Shown: positions 1 through 10,856, numbered from the stretch's first letter. The stretch: 64,000 nt of DNA from an uncultured Spirochaetota bacterium (GCA_963827275.1 CAWHAA010000004.1:608001-672000); one strand, 5' to 3'. Notes: generated by a model from the sequence alone, not told the origin. Numbers and translations are program-made.

Positions 1-26
1 ACAGATTTTTTAAAAAAGGAACCGAC

Positions 27-560
27 ATGGGCGAAGAAGAAAAAGAAGAGATAATCGAGGAAGAAGAGGAAACGCCGAAGGAAGAAGAGGGGGGGCGACG
101 CTTCGAGGCTTCGAAGATCGTCAAGATCCTGCTCTATGTCGCGGGCGGCGTGCTCCTTGTCGTGCTGGTGACCGGCATTTCCTACCTGGTGGCCAAGTAC
201 GTCCAGGAGAGCAGCTACCAGAAACGCCAGGACATCGTGGCGGCGCCGCCGCCTGCGCCGCTGGCGAGCTTTGAGCTGCCGGATTTTTCAAAGACCACGG
301 CGGACGCGGAGCCGCATTTCATCAAGATGAAGATCTCGCTCGCCTATGAACCGAATGTCGAGTTGAACAACGAGCTGGTCCAGCGCCGCGACCAGATACA
401 GCACGTGGTGAACATCATTCTGCAGGGGAAAAAATACGAGGACCTTGATTCGGTGAGCGACACCGTCGCGCTCGCGGAGGAGATCAAGGCGCATGTGAAC
501 GTCATACTGATATCAGGCAAAGTCAAGGAAGTGTATTTCAAGGAGCTGGTGGTCAACTAG
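27..560 (+). CDS. fliL: Flagellar basal body-associated protein FliL
   Basis: Acidic N-terminus, one TM helix, C-terminal 'VKEVYFKELVVN' typical of FliL; first gene of the flagellar cluster in this window. Confidence 0.9.
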   Translation: MGEEEKEEIIEEEEETPKEEEGGRRFEASKIVKILLYVAGGVLLVVLVTGISYLVAKYVQESSYQKRQDIVAAPPPAPLASFELPDFSKTTADAEPHFIKMKISLAYEPNVELNNELVQRRDQIQHVVNIILQGKKYEDLDSVSDTVALAEEIKAHVNVILISGKVKEVYFKELVVN

Positions 561-607
561 GCGCAGCCGGCATTTCGCAACGAGTCTAAGTATCGCGGGA
601 GGAGCAT

Positions 608-1660
608 ATGGGTGATGGATCATTATCACAAGACGAAATAGATGCGCTATTACAGGGCGCTGAGGAGATGTTGCAGCCTTCCGGCGGGGCCGCGGCCGCG
701 GATGCGGGCCGCGGGAGGGGCATATTCCCCCCGGGCGAAATGAATGTCATCCGCGACGCGCTCAACTCGGCGGTCGGGTCGGTGGCGCCCTCCCTGTCGG
801 GATACCTCGGGGGGAGAAACCTCCGCATATCGCGTCCCTTCATCGAGGTGAAGAGCCAGGACGCCGTACGGGCCGATTTTTCGGGCCGCTACGTCCAGGT
901 GGCCATGGATTTTTCAGGCGCGCTGAACGGGCGCAACCTTGTCATATTCAACTTTTCCGACGCCGGCTCGATCTCGTCGCTGATGATGGGAGACGACCGG
1001 GGTGTGCCGCCCGCGGAAATGTCCGAAGCGCACCAGAGCACCATACAGGAATTCACCAACCAGCTGCTCTCTTCAATGGCGACGCAGTTCAGCGGATCGC
1101 TGGGCGGCGGCATCAATACCACCCCGGCGATGCTGTCGCTGGCGGGCGGCGGCGGCGACCTCCAGTTGCCTCCGGGCGGTGAGCTGGTCAAGGTCACCTA
1201 CGACTTCGCGATCGACGGGGTCATGAATTCGAAGCTCTACCACGTGATGGACATCGGCATGGCGCAGGGGCTCTCAAACGCGACGGGCGGCATGACCCAG
1301 CCGGTGAGCCAGCCGCAGCAGTTTCCTGCGCACGCGGGGCAGGTCGGGATAAGCCCGGTGAAATTTCCGCCCCTTGACGAGGGCATACCGCCCAGCGTCG
1401 GGGGAAACATCTCACTGATACTGGACGTCCCGATGACCCTGACGGTCGAACTGGGGCGGACGACGCAGCTCGTGCAGGACATACTGGGACTTGGCGAAGG
1501 ATCGATCATAGAGCTCGATAAGCTCGCGGGCGAGCCGGTGGACCTCCTGGTCAACGGCAAGCTGATCGCGAAGGGCGAGGTCGTGGTAATCGACGAAAAT
1601 TTCGGGGTCCGGGTCACGGACATCGTCAGTCCTGCCGATCGGCTGGCGGGATTGCAATAA
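608..1660 (+). CDS. fliY: Flagellar motor switch protein FliY/FliN (CheC-like N-domain plus SpoA domain)
   Basis: N-terminal LSQDEIDALL CheY-binding peptide; C-terminal 'ILDVPMTLTVELGRT...GEVVVIDENFGVRVTDI' FliN domain. Confidence 0.88.
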   Translation: MGDGSLSQDEIDALLQGAEEMLQPSGGAAAADAGRGRGIFPPGEMNVIRDALNSAVGSVAPSLSGYLGGRNLRISRPFIEVKSQDAVRADFSGRYVQVAMDFSGALNGRNLVIFNFSDAGSISSLMMGDDRGVPPAEMSEAHQSTIQEFTNQLLSSMATQFSGSLGGGINTTPAMLSLAGGGGDLQLPPGGELVKVTYDFAIDGVMNSKLYHVMDIGMAQGLSNATGGMTQPVSQPQQFPAHAGQVGISPVKFPPLDEGIPPSVGGNISLILDVPMTLTVELGRTTQLVQDILGLGEGSIIELDKLAGEPVDLLVNGKLIAKGEVVVIDENFGVRVTDIVSPADRLAGLQ

Positions 1661-1661
1661 C

Positions 1662-1701
1662 ATGGCGGTGGCGAGCATCGCCATATTTTTTTCTGTTTTT
1701 T
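1662..1701 (+). terminator. Intra-operon hairpin with U-tract after fliY
   Basis: atggcggtg/catcgccat stem followed by T-runs. Confidence 0.5.
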
Positions 1702-1726
1702 AATGAGACATAACGCAGGACGGATA

Positions 1727-2509
1727 ATGAATACTAACAGGCCCTATCGTGTCGCGGTGATCATGCTGGCGGTGTTTGCGCTGTCCGCCGCCCTGTGCCC
1801 CCCCTCGCTTCTCGCCAAGCCGAAGCGGCAGGCGGCAAAGCAGGAATCGGTGAAGAAGGAGAAAAAGGAAGAGCCGCAGGAAGAGCGGGAGAGCGCCGTG
1901 CAGGCCGACGCCGAAAAGGATGCGGGCCGGGAGGAGGTCGCCGCCGCCGGGAAGGAAGCGACCGAGGGAGTCCCCGCGGGCGATTACAAAGAGGATGATT
2001 TCAGGCCGCAGGTGGAGGAAGAATCGGCCGCCTGGATGTTCATAAAGATGCTGCTGGTGCTGGGGATGTTCGCCGGCGGGTTCTATTATTTTTACCGCTT
2101 CGTCACCAGGCGGGCGGGCGGCTCTGTCTTCGGGGGCGAGGCGATCAAGGTGCTGTCGGTCGCCTCCCTCGGGCAGAACAAGTTCCTCCAGGTGGTCGAC
2201 CTGGCGGGGAAGGTGATCGTGGTTGGGGTTTCGGACAACGCGATCAGCCTGATAACCGAGATAACCGAGAAGGACCAGATAGACAGGATCCGCATCCTCT
2301 CCACCAGGACGCCGCCGCAGGCCGGCGCCGGGGGGTTCCAGGAGCAGATACTGGGCGAGGTAGGGAAGATCATCGGCCGCGTGAAAGAGCTCAGGAACCG
2401 CGGCCGCGGCCAGAGCAGGGTGGAGGTCGTGGATAACCCGGCGGACATTGAATACCTGCGCCGCCAGCGGAGCAGGCTGAAAGAGATGGAAGGGCGGGAC
2501 AATGAATAG
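1727..2509 (+). CDS. fliO: Flagellar biosynthesis protein FliO
   Basis: Signal peptide, TM, 'IKVLSVASLGQNKFLQVVDL' FliO motif; lies between fliY and fliP. Confidence 0.8.
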   Translation: MNTNRPYRVAVIMLAVFALSAALCPPSLLAKPKRQAAKQESVKKEKKEEPQEERESAVQADAEKDAGREEVAAAGKEATEGVPAGDYKEDDFRPQVEEESAAWMFIKMLLVLGMFAGGFYYFYRFVTRRAGGSVFGGEAIKVLSVASLGQNKFLQVVDLAGKVIVVGVSDNAISLITEITEKDQIDRIRILSTRTPPQAGAGGFQEQILGEVGKIIGRVKELRNRGRGQSRVEVVDNPADIEYLRRQRSRLKEMEGRDNE

Positions 2510-3266
2510 AAAGACCGTTTTCATGGTCATGCTCATCATTCTCGCCGGCGCGGGCGCGGCCTTCGCGCAGGACGTGGGCGGACTGCGCATGCCGATCCCG
2601 CGGATCGCCTTCGACATACGGGAGGCTGCCGGCCCGAGGGAAACCGCGCTCTCGCTGCAGATACTCTTCCTGCTGACGATCCTCACGCTGGCGCCCGCCA
2701 TCATCATGATGATGACGGCCTTCACGCGCGTGGTCATCGTGCTCGATTTCATCAAGCGGGCCCTTTCGCTCCAGCAGATGCCGCCGAACCAGATCATCGT
2801 GGGGCTGTCCATCTTCCTGACCTTTTTCATCATGGCGCCCACCTTCACGCAGGTAAACGAACAGGCCCTGCAGCCGTACCTGAAGGGGAAGATCGACAGC
2901 GAGGCGTTTTTCAACAAGGGCATGGAGCCGATGCGGGGCTTCATGTTCCGGCAGACGCGCGAGAAGGACATCGCGCTGTTCATCAAGCTGGCGAAGATCC
3001 CGAAGCCGAAAACGCAGAAGGACGTGCCGAGCTACTGCCTGATACCCGCCTTCATGATCAGCGAGCTGAAGCGGGCGTTCGAGATCGGGATATACATTTT
3101 TATCCCCTTCATTGTCATAGATATGATCGTGGCGAGCGCGCTCATGGCCATGGGGATGATCATGCTCCCCCCGGTCATGATATCGCTGCCGTTCAAGATT
3201 ATTCTCTTTATCCTTGTGGACGGCTGGAACCTGCTCGCGTATGAGCTGGTGCGGTCGTTCAGGTAG
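2502..3266 (+). CDS. fliP: Flagellar export protein FliP
   Basis: 'MMTAFTRVVIVL', 'QQMPPNQI', 'LPFKIILFILVDGW' motifs. Confidence 0.97.
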   Translation: MNRKTVFMVMLIILAGAGAAFAQDVGGLRMPIPRIAFDIREAAGPRETALSLQILFLLTILTLAPAIIMMMTAFTRVVIVLDFIKRALSLQQMPPNQIIVGLSIFLTFFIMAPTFTQVNEQALQPYLKGKIDSEAFFNKGMEPMRGFMFRQTREKDIALFIKLAKIPKPKTQKDVPSYCLIPAFMISELKRAFEIGIYIFIPFIVIDMIVASALMAMGMIMLPPVMISLPFKIILFILVDGWNLLAYELVRSFR

Positions 3267-3278
3267 CGGGGTGGCACG

Positions 3279-3542
3279 GTGACTGACGCGACGGTTATTA
3301 CGATGATGAGGGAATCGCTGATGACGATCATGATCGTCTCGGCCCCCATGCTGGGCGTGGGGATGTTCGTGGGCCTCATCATCTCGATTTTCCAGACCAC
3401 CACCTCGATCCAGGAGCAGACGCTCACGTTCGTGCCGAAGATCGTCGCGATATTCGTGATCATGATTGTTTTCGGCGCGTGGATGATACGGACGCTGGTG
3501 AATTACACGAACCATATGTTCATGATGATAGAGAAGCTATAG
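3279..3542 (+). CDS. fliQ: Flagellar export protein FliQ
   Basis: 'IFQTTTSIQEQTLTFVPKI' motif. Confidence 0.97.
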   Translation: MTDATVITMMRESLMTIMIVSAPMLGVGMFVGLIISIFQTTTSIQEQTLTFVPKIVAIFVIMIVFGAWMIRTLVNYTNHMFMMIEKL

Positions 3543-3587
3543 CGGGACGCCTTCAAACAGGCGTAAAACAGGGGGCCGGCAGGCACG

Positions 3588-4369
3588 ATGTACTATTTCG
3601 TATACCATTTCCAGGTATTCATGCTGATCATGATGCGGATGAACGCCATGATCATGATAGCCCCCTTTTACTCGAGCGACGTGATCCCGTTCAGGATCAA
3701 GGCGCTCATATCGTTTCTGGTGTCGCTCGTGATCTTCCCGGTCGTGGTGTCCAAGGGGGCTACCAGATACCGGGCGACATGGGCGGGTACGCGCTCCTGG
3801 TCATGCAGGAGGTCGCGATCGGCCTTTTCATCGGGTTCCTGGTCTCGCTGATCTTTTCCGCGTTCCAGCTCTCGGGCGAGTTTTTCGCGGTGCAGCTGGG
3901 GTTCGGCATCAACGAGGTGCTGGACCCCGTCGCGCAGGTCAGCGTGCCGCTGGTGGGCCAGTTCAAGAACCTTATCGGGCTGCTCGTGCTGCTGGCCATG
4001 AACGGGCACCACATGATGCTGCAGGGCGTGTACCGGTCCTATGAGCTCGCCCCTATCATGAGCGTGCAGAAGGCGTTCCTCGGAGGGCTCTTGAAGCACG
4101 TGCTCTATACGTTTTCGGGCATGTTCGTGGTGGCGCTGAAGATCGCGCTGCCGATCGTGGGGATCGTGTTCCTCCTCGAGGTGAGCATGGGCGTGCTCTC
4201 GAAGGTGGCGCCCCAGATGAACATCATGATGCTGGGCTTCCCCTTCAAGATCACGGTCGCCTTTATTGTGATGATAGGGATCACCCCGCTTATCGTGCGG
4301 ATCATGTGGGTGTCGCTGGAGCGGGTGTTCGCGTTTATATTCAAGGTGCTGGCGGCCTGGCCGGGGTGA
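3588..4369 (+). CDS. fliR: Flagellar export protein FliR (frameshift near 3755, probably a sequence error)
   Basis: N-part in ORF 3588-3851, C-part in frame 3479-4369 ('KVAPQMNIMMLGFPFK'); the junction lies in a G-run. Confidence 0.9.
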
Positions 4370-4388
4370 GGTCCTGAAGAGAAAGAGT

Positions 4389-5576
4389 ATGGCGGAATAT
4401 ATCATACATACATTCGGCAAGTACGACCGGTGGAGCGGTGACCCGTTCTTCGGCCGGCTTCCCTTTGACCTCCAGCTGTTCGCTGCCGAGGACGAGGGGC
4501 GCACGGAAGAACCGACCGAGAAAAAGCTCCGCGAGGCCCGTGAAAAGGGGCAGGTGGCCAGGACGGTCGAGCTGCCGCAGGCGGCCGTCGTCATTTTCGG
4601 CTTCATGGTGATCCTGATCTTCGGGTCGTGGATCTACGACATCATCGCCAGCCTCACGAGGTATTACCTCTCCTCCTTTTCCCGGTTCGCCGTGACGGAG
4701 CGGAGCCTGTTCCTCGAGTTTGTGAAGGTCTCGTACGAATCGGGAAAGATTCTTCTCCCGATATTCATTGCCGTCATGATTGCGGGGGTCCTGGGCAATA
4801 TCATCCAGGTCGGGTTCCAGGTTTCAACGCACCCGCTCAAGCTCGACTGGAACAAGATCAAGTTCGATCCCGCGACCGTCATGAAGCGGATATTTTTCTC
4901 GAAACAGGTGGCGATGAACCTGTTCAAGTCGGTCTTCAAGGTCCTCGCCATCGGCTTCGTGGCGTACCTGATCATCATGGCGGACCTGGACGACATACTC
5001 AAAACGCCGGACGTCTCTGTCGCGATGGCGCTCAGGATCATCATGATGACCGCGTTCAAGATAATCATCTGGTCGGCGGTGCTGCTCCTCGTCCTCTCGG
5101 TGCCGGACTATTTTTTCCAGAAGAGGGAGTTCATCGAATCGTTGAAGATGACCAAGGAAGAGATGAAGGAAGAGTTGAAGGAGACGATCGGCGACCCCTA
5201 CATCCGCGCGCGCCTCAGGGAGATGCAGCGGCAGAATTTATTGCGGGCGATGATGAGCAAGGAGGTCCCGAAGGCGGACGTGATCGTCACCAACCCGACC
5301 CATTACGCGGTGGCCCTGAAGTACGACCGGGCCATGATGCCGGCCCCCACGGTCGTGGCAAAGGGCGAGGACAGCATCGCGCTCAGGATCCGCGAGCTGG
5401 CGAAGGAGAACGGCGTTCCCATCCTCCAGAACCGGCCGCTGGCCCAGGAGATGTACAAGAGGCTGGAGGTCGGCGATATCATCCCGGAGGACCTTTTTTA
5501 CGCCGTGTCGCTGGTGTACGGCGAGCTGTACCGGAGCTATCCGGAGCGTTTCAGATACCTGGGAGAGGCGATATAG
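4389..5576 (+). CDS. flhB: Flagellar export protein FlhB
   Basis: 'RTEEPTEKKLREAREKGQV' and NPTH autocleavage motif. Confidence 0.97.
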   Translation: MAEYIIHTFGKYDRWSGDPFFGRLPFDLQLFAAEDEGRTEEPTEKKLREAREKGQVARTVELPQAAVVIFGFMVILIFGSWIYDIIASLTRYYLSSFSRFAVTERSLFLEFVKVSYESGKILLPIFIAVMIAGVLGNIIQVGFQVSTHPLKLDWNKIKFDPATVMKRIFFSKQVAMNLFKSVFKVLAIGFVAYLIIMADLDDILKTPDVSVAMALRIIMMTAFKIIIWSAVLLLVLSVPDYFFQKREFIESLKMTKEEMKEELKETIGDPYIRARLREMQRQNLLRAMMSKEVPKADVIVTNPTHYAVALKYDRAMMPAPTVVAKGEDSIALRIRELAKENGVPILQNRPLAQEMYKRLEVGDIIPEDLFYAVSLVYGELYRSYPERFRYLGEAI

Positions 5577-5591
5577 TCATGAGGTGCTGCA

Positions 5592-7700
5592 ATGGCAGAT
5601 AGGAAAGGCGGCGGGTTCAGATCCCTGTTCGAAGACACGCAGTGGATGCAGAAGTCCGATATCCTGATGGGCATCGGCGTCGTTGCCGTGGTCGTCATGC
5701 TCATCATCCCGCTGCCCACGTTCCTGCTCGACTTTTTCCTGGCGGTGAGCATCATGTCGGGCATGCTGATCCTGATGATCGTCATGTTCATCGGGCGGAC
5801 GTTCGATTTTTCAGTGTTCCCGTCCCTGCTCCTTATCACGACGGTCTTCCGGCTGGCGCTGAACGTCTCCTCGACCAGGCTGATCCTCCTCCAGGGGGCG
5901 GCCTTTGACGGCAAGATCATCCGCGCCTTCGGCGAGTTCGTCGTCGGGGGGAATTACGTTGTCGGCTTTATCATCTTTATAATCCTGGTGGCGGTGCAGT
6001 TCATCGTTATCACCAAGGGCGCGACGCGGACGGCCGAGGTGGCGGCCCGGTTCACCCTGGACGCGATGCCCGGCAAGCAGATGAGCATCGATTCCGACCT
6101 CTCCAACGGCCTCATCACCGAGGACGAGGCCCGGACGCGGCGCGAAGAGATCCGGCGTGAAGCGGACTTCTACGGGGCGATGGACGGCGCCTCGAAGTTC
6201 GTGCAGGGCGACGTCAAGGTCGCCATCGTCATTACATTCATTAATATCATCGGCGGGTTCATCATCGGCATGGTGATGCGCGGCGAATCCTTCGACGTCG
6301 CGATCAGGACCTACACCCTGCTGACCATCGGCGAGGGCCTGGTGGCCCAGATCCCGTCGCTGCTCATAACGACGGCGACCGGTATCATCGTGACCCGGGC
6401 CGTCTCGAATGAGAACATGGGCAAGGACCTCGGCGACCAGCTCGGTTCGCAGCCGCGCGCGCTCCTCCTCACCGCGGCGACCCTGGGCGTGGCGATCATC
6501 ATCCCGGGCTTCCCGAAGATCGCCCTCCTGATACTCTCGGTGGGGCTCGGTGCCCTCGGCGTGGTGCTGATCCAGGCACAGAGCGAGGAAAAGGATAAGG
6601 TGGAGCGGAAGGAGAAGGAGGCCGCCCTCAAGGAGCACCGGCCCGAGGAAGTCACCCAGCTCGTGCAGGTCGACCCGCTGGAAGTGGAGATCGGCTACAA
6701 CCTGATACCGCTGGTCGATCCCGACCAGGGCGGCACCCTGCTCGAACGGATCACCAACATCAGGCGGCGGAGCGCCCTCGACATGGGGCTCATCGTGCCG
6801 CCCATACGCATACGGGACAACATGGAGCTCGAACCCGAGGTGTACTCGATCCTGATCAAGGGCGTCGAGGTGGGCCGCGGCTCGCTGCAGGTGGACAAGC
6901 TCATGGCGATGGATTCGGGCGAAGTGACGGAGAAGATCGAGGGGCAGGAGCTGACCGAGCCGGTCTTCGGCCTGAAGGCGATATGGATCAAGACGGACGT
7001 ACGCGACATCGCGGAGAGCCGCGGGTACACCGTGGTGGACTGCCCCACCATCATCGCGACGCACCTGACCGAGATCATCAAGCGTCATGCCGACGAGATC
7101 CTGGGACGGCAGGAGGTGCAGAAGCTGATCGACTCGGTGAAAGAGGACTACCCCGCGGTGGTGCGCGAGCTTGTCGAAGAGCACAAGATGAACCTCGGCG
7201 AGATACAGAAAGTGCTCCAGAGCCTGCTGCGCGAGCGCGTTTCGATACGGAACATTGTCACGATCCTGGAGACGCTGTCGAGCTACGTGACCTACTCCAA
7301 GGACCCGAGCTTCCTCGCGGAGTACGTGCGCATCGCGCTCTCGCGGCAGATCACCAAGGACTACCTGGACAAGTCGGGCACGCTGTCGGTCATAACGGTG
7401 GACCCCGAGATAGAGACGATCATACGGAACTCGATACACGAGGACCCGATAGAGGGGCCGGTGCTGGCCATGGACCCGACGACCCACCAGACGGTGGTGG
7501 ATTCGCTCCTCGATGCGTTCCGGAGGTCAAAGGCGATGGGGCATTCGCCGGTGTACCTGGTGTCGCCGCAGATACGGCGGGTCACCTTCGCACTCCTGGA
7601 GCGGGAGATGCCGGCACCGGTAGTGCTGTCGTATAACGAAATTTCAAGCTCGGTGAAGGTGGAAGTGGTGGTGTCCGCGCTGCTGTCGAGCGCCGCGTAG
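5592..7700 (+). CDS. flhA: Flagellar export protein FlhA
   Basis: 'AEVAARFTLDAMPGKQMSID', 'DFYGAMDGASKFV' FHIPEP motifs. Confidence 0.98.
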   Translation: MADRKGGGFRSLFEDTQWMQKSDILMGIGVVAVVVMLIIPLPTFLLDFFLAVSIMSGMLILMIVMFIGRTFDFSVFPSLLLITTVFRLALNVSSTRLILLQGAAFDGKIIRAFGEFVVGGNYVVGFIIFIILVAVQFIVITKGATRTAEVAARFTLDAMPGKQMSIDSDLSNGLITEDEARTRREEIRREADFYGAMDGASKFVQGDVKVAIVITFINIIGGFIIGMVMRGESFDVAIRTYTLLTIGEGLVAQIPSLLITTATGIIVTRAVSNENMGKDLGDQLGSQPRALLLTAATLGVAIIIPGFPKIALLILSVGLGALGVVLIQAQSEEKDKVERKEKEAALKEHRPEEVTQLVQVDPLEVEIGYNLIPLVDPDQGGTLLERITNIRRRSALDMGLIVPPIRIRDNMELEPEVYSILIKGVEVGRGSLQVDKLMAMDSGEVTEKIEGQELTEPVFGLKAIWIKTDVRDIAESRGYTVVDCPTIIATHLTEIIKRHADEILGRQEVQKLIDSVKEDYPAVVRELVEEHKMNLGEIQKVLQSLLRERVSIRNIVTILETLSSYVTYSKDPSFLAEYVRIALSRQITKDYLDKSGTLSVITVDPEIETIIRNSIHEDPIEGPVLAMDPTTHQTVVDSLLDAFRRSKAMGHSPVYLVSPQIRRVTFALLEREMPAPVVLSYNEISSSVKVEVVVSALLSSAA

Positions 7701-7721
7701 CGGCGCTCGACAGCAGCGCGG
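7675..7721. repeat. Perfect 22-bp inverted repeat spanning the flhA stop codon
   Basis: ccgcgctgctgtcgagcgccgc-gta-gcggcgctcgacagcagcgcgg. Confidence 0.9.
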
Positions 7722-7900
7722 GTGAGATATATTCAATGCTATGACGAGTTTTGCGTTTGTCCCGGGCATCACGGTCCGCTTGCACGCCGCGTATATACAT
7801 CCTTGTATAACGCGGCGACCGGCGGCCTCCGTGCCGCCTGCTCGCCGTACCGTAATGCCCGGGACTGATGCCGAGAGAATTATTAACAGGGGTGTATGAA

Positions 7901-9313
7901 ATGAGATACATTAAAATCCGGGGTAACAACTACAACGAAGTCATGATGAAGCTGAAGATGGAATACGGCGATGACGCCATCCCCATCAGCCATAAATTTG
8001 TAAAGGAAGGCGGGTTCTTCAACTCGAAGCTCTTTGCGCGCGAGGTGGTCGAGCTCACCGCCGCGGTACAGGAGCGCAAGTTCAAGTCGAGCCTCCTCAG
8101 CGAGAAACGGAAGATCGATTTTACGGTCGATGATCCTGTCGAGAAGACGGCCGCCCAGCCCCAGAAGAGCAGGCTCGGCGATATGTTCGAGCGCGCCGCT
8201 GCATCGGCGCCGAACAGGCCCGCGGCGCCGCCGCGGCCCGCACCGGAGAAGAAATCGGCGGGTTCCAGCTTCAACGAGAAGCTGAACGAGGTGTATGAGG
8301 GGATAGCCGAGCACGCAAAGGCGTCGCCTGCACCTGCGCCGGAACCGGAGCCGGAGCCGATACGGGCGGCCGAAGCCGAGATCGCGGCGCCGGTCAGGAG
8401 TGCCCGGGCTGACGCGGTGCCGGAAGGGGACGTGCGTTTCGAAAAGGAACTGGACGAGATAAAACGGGCGATCTACAAGATGACGACGGAGCGGACCGCC
8501 GCGGCCGATACCGCCTCCGGTGAGGACGTTACTATCCGCCCGTTCCGGGATGCCCTGAAAAACAATGACTATGACGACGAGCAGTGCCGGGCGATACTGT
8601 CCGAGATGAAGAATTCCATCAGCAAAGAGGACCTGAAGGACAAGTTCAAGATCGAAAAAAGCCTGAAAGATTTATTGAAGAGCAGGATCGTGACGACCGG
8701 CCCGATACAGAAGGGGAACAGAAAGAAAATTGTCATGTTCATAGGGCCCACCGGCGTCGGGAAAACGACCACCATGGCCAAGCTGGGTGCGATCAATTCC
8801 CTCAGGGAGGGGAATTCGGTCGCCTTCGTGACCATCGACAATTACCGCATCGCGGCGACGGAACAGCTGAAAAAGTACGCCGAGATCATGAATATCCCCA
8901 TCTACGCGGTGAACAACCAGAAGGAATTCAAGGAGATCATTACCAGCGACAAGTCGGATATAATCATGGTGGACACGTCGGGCAGGAGCCACCGGAATGA
9001 CCTGAAGATATCGGAAATCAAGAGTTTCGCGGATTCCGTGGAATATGACTGCGAAAAGATACTCTGTGTCAGCGCGAACACTAAAAAAAGCGATCTGAAC
9101 GATGTCTTCAGGGCCTTCGATACGGTCCATTTTGACAGCGTAATTATCACGAAAGTTGATGAAACTTCTTATATCGGCAATGTCATTGATATTGCCGATA
9201 AATATAATAAGCCGATATCATATTATACGAACGGGCAGGAAGTGCCCAATGACATCATTATCGCCGATCCGGATAAGATTGTTGACATGATGATCGGGAA
9301 TGTTTATAATTAA
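7901..9313 (+). CDS. flhF: Flagellar SRP-family GTPase FlhF
   Basis: GPTGVGKTTT, DTSGR, TKVDET, NGQEVPNDI motifs. Confidence 0.96.
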   Translation: MRYIKIRGNNYNEVMMKLKMEYGDDAIPISHKFVKEGGFFNSKLFAREVVELTAAVQERKFKSSLLSEKRKIDFTVDDPVEKTAAQPQKSRLGDMFERAAASAPNRPAAPPRPAPEKKSAGSSFNEKLNEVYEGIAEHAKASPAPAPEPEPEPIRAAEAEIAAPVRSARADAVPEGDVRFEKELDEIKRAIYKMTTERTAAADTASGEDVTIRPFRDALKNNDYDDEQCRAILSEMKNSISKEDLKDKFKIEKSLKDLLKSRIVTTGPIQKGNRKKIVMFIGPTGVGKTTTMAKLGAINSLREGNSVAFVTIDNYRIAATEQLKKYAEIMNIPIYAVNNQKEFKEIITSDKSDIIMVDTSGRSHRNDLKISEIKSFADSVEYDCEKILCVSANTKKSDLNDVFRAFDTVHFDSVIITKVDETSYIGNVIDIADKYNKPISYYTNGQEVPNDIIIADPDKIVDMMIGNVYN

Positions 9314-9343
9314 ACCAGGCAGAAGAGCGTAAGGAGGTCCCCC

Positions 9344-10222
9344 GTGGATCAGGCTGCAAATCTCAGAAGATTGGTGCTCGAGTCCGACGCCAAAAAACAG
9401 AAAAAAACAAGGACGATCGCCATAACGAGCGGCAAGGGCGGCGTGGGTAAAACAAGCGTGGCGGTGAGCCTGTCGATCGCGCTCGCCCGCGGCGGCTCAT
9501 CGGTGACGCTCCTCGACGCGGACCTCGGCCTCGCCAACATCAATGTCATACTCGGCATAATACCGAAATACAATCTCTACCATGTCATAAAGGGCCAGAA
9601 GAAATTAAAGGACATAGTCATCGAGGTGCCCGAGGGGATCAAGATCATCGCCGGCGCCTCCGGGTTCCACCAGCTCGCCAACCTGGACCCCAAGCAGCGA
9701 AACGAGTTTATCGGGGCGGTTGCCGAGCTCGATTCGGACGACTACATGGTGGTGGACACCGGCGCGGGCGTTTCCCAGAACGTCCTCTCCTTTGTCATGG
9801 CCTCGGACGAGATCATCGTCGTGACCACTCCCGAGCCGACCGCCATAACCGACGCCTACGGCATCATCAAGTCGATCGCCGCCCAGTCGCCTGACAAGCT
9901 CATCAAGATTATCGTGAACCGGGTGCAGTCGGTGGCGGAAGGTAACCGGGTCGCGCAGCGGGTGATCAACATCGCCGGGCAGTTTCTCAATATTAAGGTC
10001 GAAAATCTCGGCTTCATATTCGACGACCTCTACGTCCCGAAGTCGGTGAGGAACCAGAAGCCGTTTATCGTGAGTTATCCGAAATGCAAGGCCGCCGCGT
10101 GCGTATCGATCATTGCTGACCGGATCAGCAACAGGTCGACCGGCCCGATCAAGGGCTCCGGCCTTGCCACCTTCTTTAAAAACCTCTTCGTATCGCATGA
10201 TGACGGGGAGAACGAGGAATAG
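9344..10222 (+). CDS. fleN: MinD/ParA-family ATPase FlhG/FleN
   Basis: 'MDQAANLR', SGKGGVGKT, 'PEPTAITDAY'. Confidence 0.95.
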   Translation: MDQAANLRRLVLESDAKKQKKTRTIAITSGKGGVGKTSVAVSLSIALARGGSSVTLLDADLGLANINVILGIIPKYNLYHVIKGQKKLKDIVIEVPEGIKIIAGASGFHQLANLDPKQRNEFIGAVAELDSDDYMVVDTGAGVSQNVLSFVMASDEIIVVTTPEPTAITDAYGIIKSIAAQSPDKLIKIIVNRVQSVAEGNRVAQRVINIAGQFLNIKVENLGFIFDDLYVPKSVRNQKPFIVSYPKCKAAACVSIIADRISNRSTGPIKGSGLATFFKNLFVSHDDGENEE

Positions 10223-10288
10223 AACAGGGTGTACCCATGAAGGATGGGTGAAAGTTTAGAGCGGCGCGAAGGGGTTTTACGGAACGAA

Positions 10289-10840
10289 ATGATCAGCCTT
10301 GATAAAATAACCATTGAATATAAATCCACCGTGCTGTTCGGATTCACGGCGCTGTTCCTGTCGTTCATCATCGGTTTTCTCGCCGGCGTCAGGTGGAACG
10401 TCGTTGTCCTGCGCTCGGTCCTCCTGATGGCGGTGTTCTCGGTCATCGGGTACGGCATCTGCGTCATCCTGAAAAAGTTCGTGCCCGAGGTGTACGGGAT
10501 CCTGGCTTCGCACCCCGCGCATGTGACTGAAGGCGCGCCGGGCGGCGAACCCGACATCGATATGCAGGATGGCGCACAGGCGGAATACGCCGGCGAAGAG
10601 GGAGGGGCGGAAACGGCACCGCTTATGGAGGGCGTTGAGCCGCCGCGCGGGGATGAGTTCAGGGAGCTTGAAAAGGACGGGCTCACCCACTATTCCACCG
10701 CCGCGGGCGGCGGGAGCGGGGTCCATACCCCGTCGGGCAAGCTGGGGAAGCATATACTTGAAAAGGAAAAGCTCGCGAAATATGAGCCGAAGATCATGGC
10801 CCAGGCGGTACGGACCATGATGGGCAAGGACAGAGAATAA
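10289..10840 (+). CDS. Hypothetical membrane protein (2 TM plus acidic tail) of the flagellar operon
   Basis: Clean ORF between fleN and fliA; C-terminal '[12 protein letters not shown]'. Confidence 0.75.
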   Translation: MISLDKITIEYKSTVLFGFTALFLSFIIGFLAGVRWNVVVLRSVLLMAVFSVIGYGICVILKKFVPEVYGILASHPAHVTEGAPGGEPDIDMQDGAQAEYAGEEGGAETAPLMEGVEPPRGDEFRELEKDGLTHYSTAAGGGSGVHTPSGKLGKHILEKEKLAKYEPKIMAQAVRTMMGKDRE

Positions 10841-10856
10841 CACCCGGGAACAGGAC

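Noticed and set aside
560..608. Missing fliM between fliL and fliY as a deletion
   Set aside because: The junction is clean with an RBS. To my knowledge fliM is also encoded apart from this operon in Leptospira.
3750..3760. Programmed frameshift or phase-variable G-tract in fliR
   Set aside because: The run is only five Gs, and similar indels occur throughout the window, so error is the simpler explanation.
5811..7487. Long antisense ORFs (also 12230-13213, 16548-17630, 43733-45163, 48999-49985)
   Set aside because: These are shadow ORFs of high-GC coding genes on the opposite strand, with no recognisable motifs.
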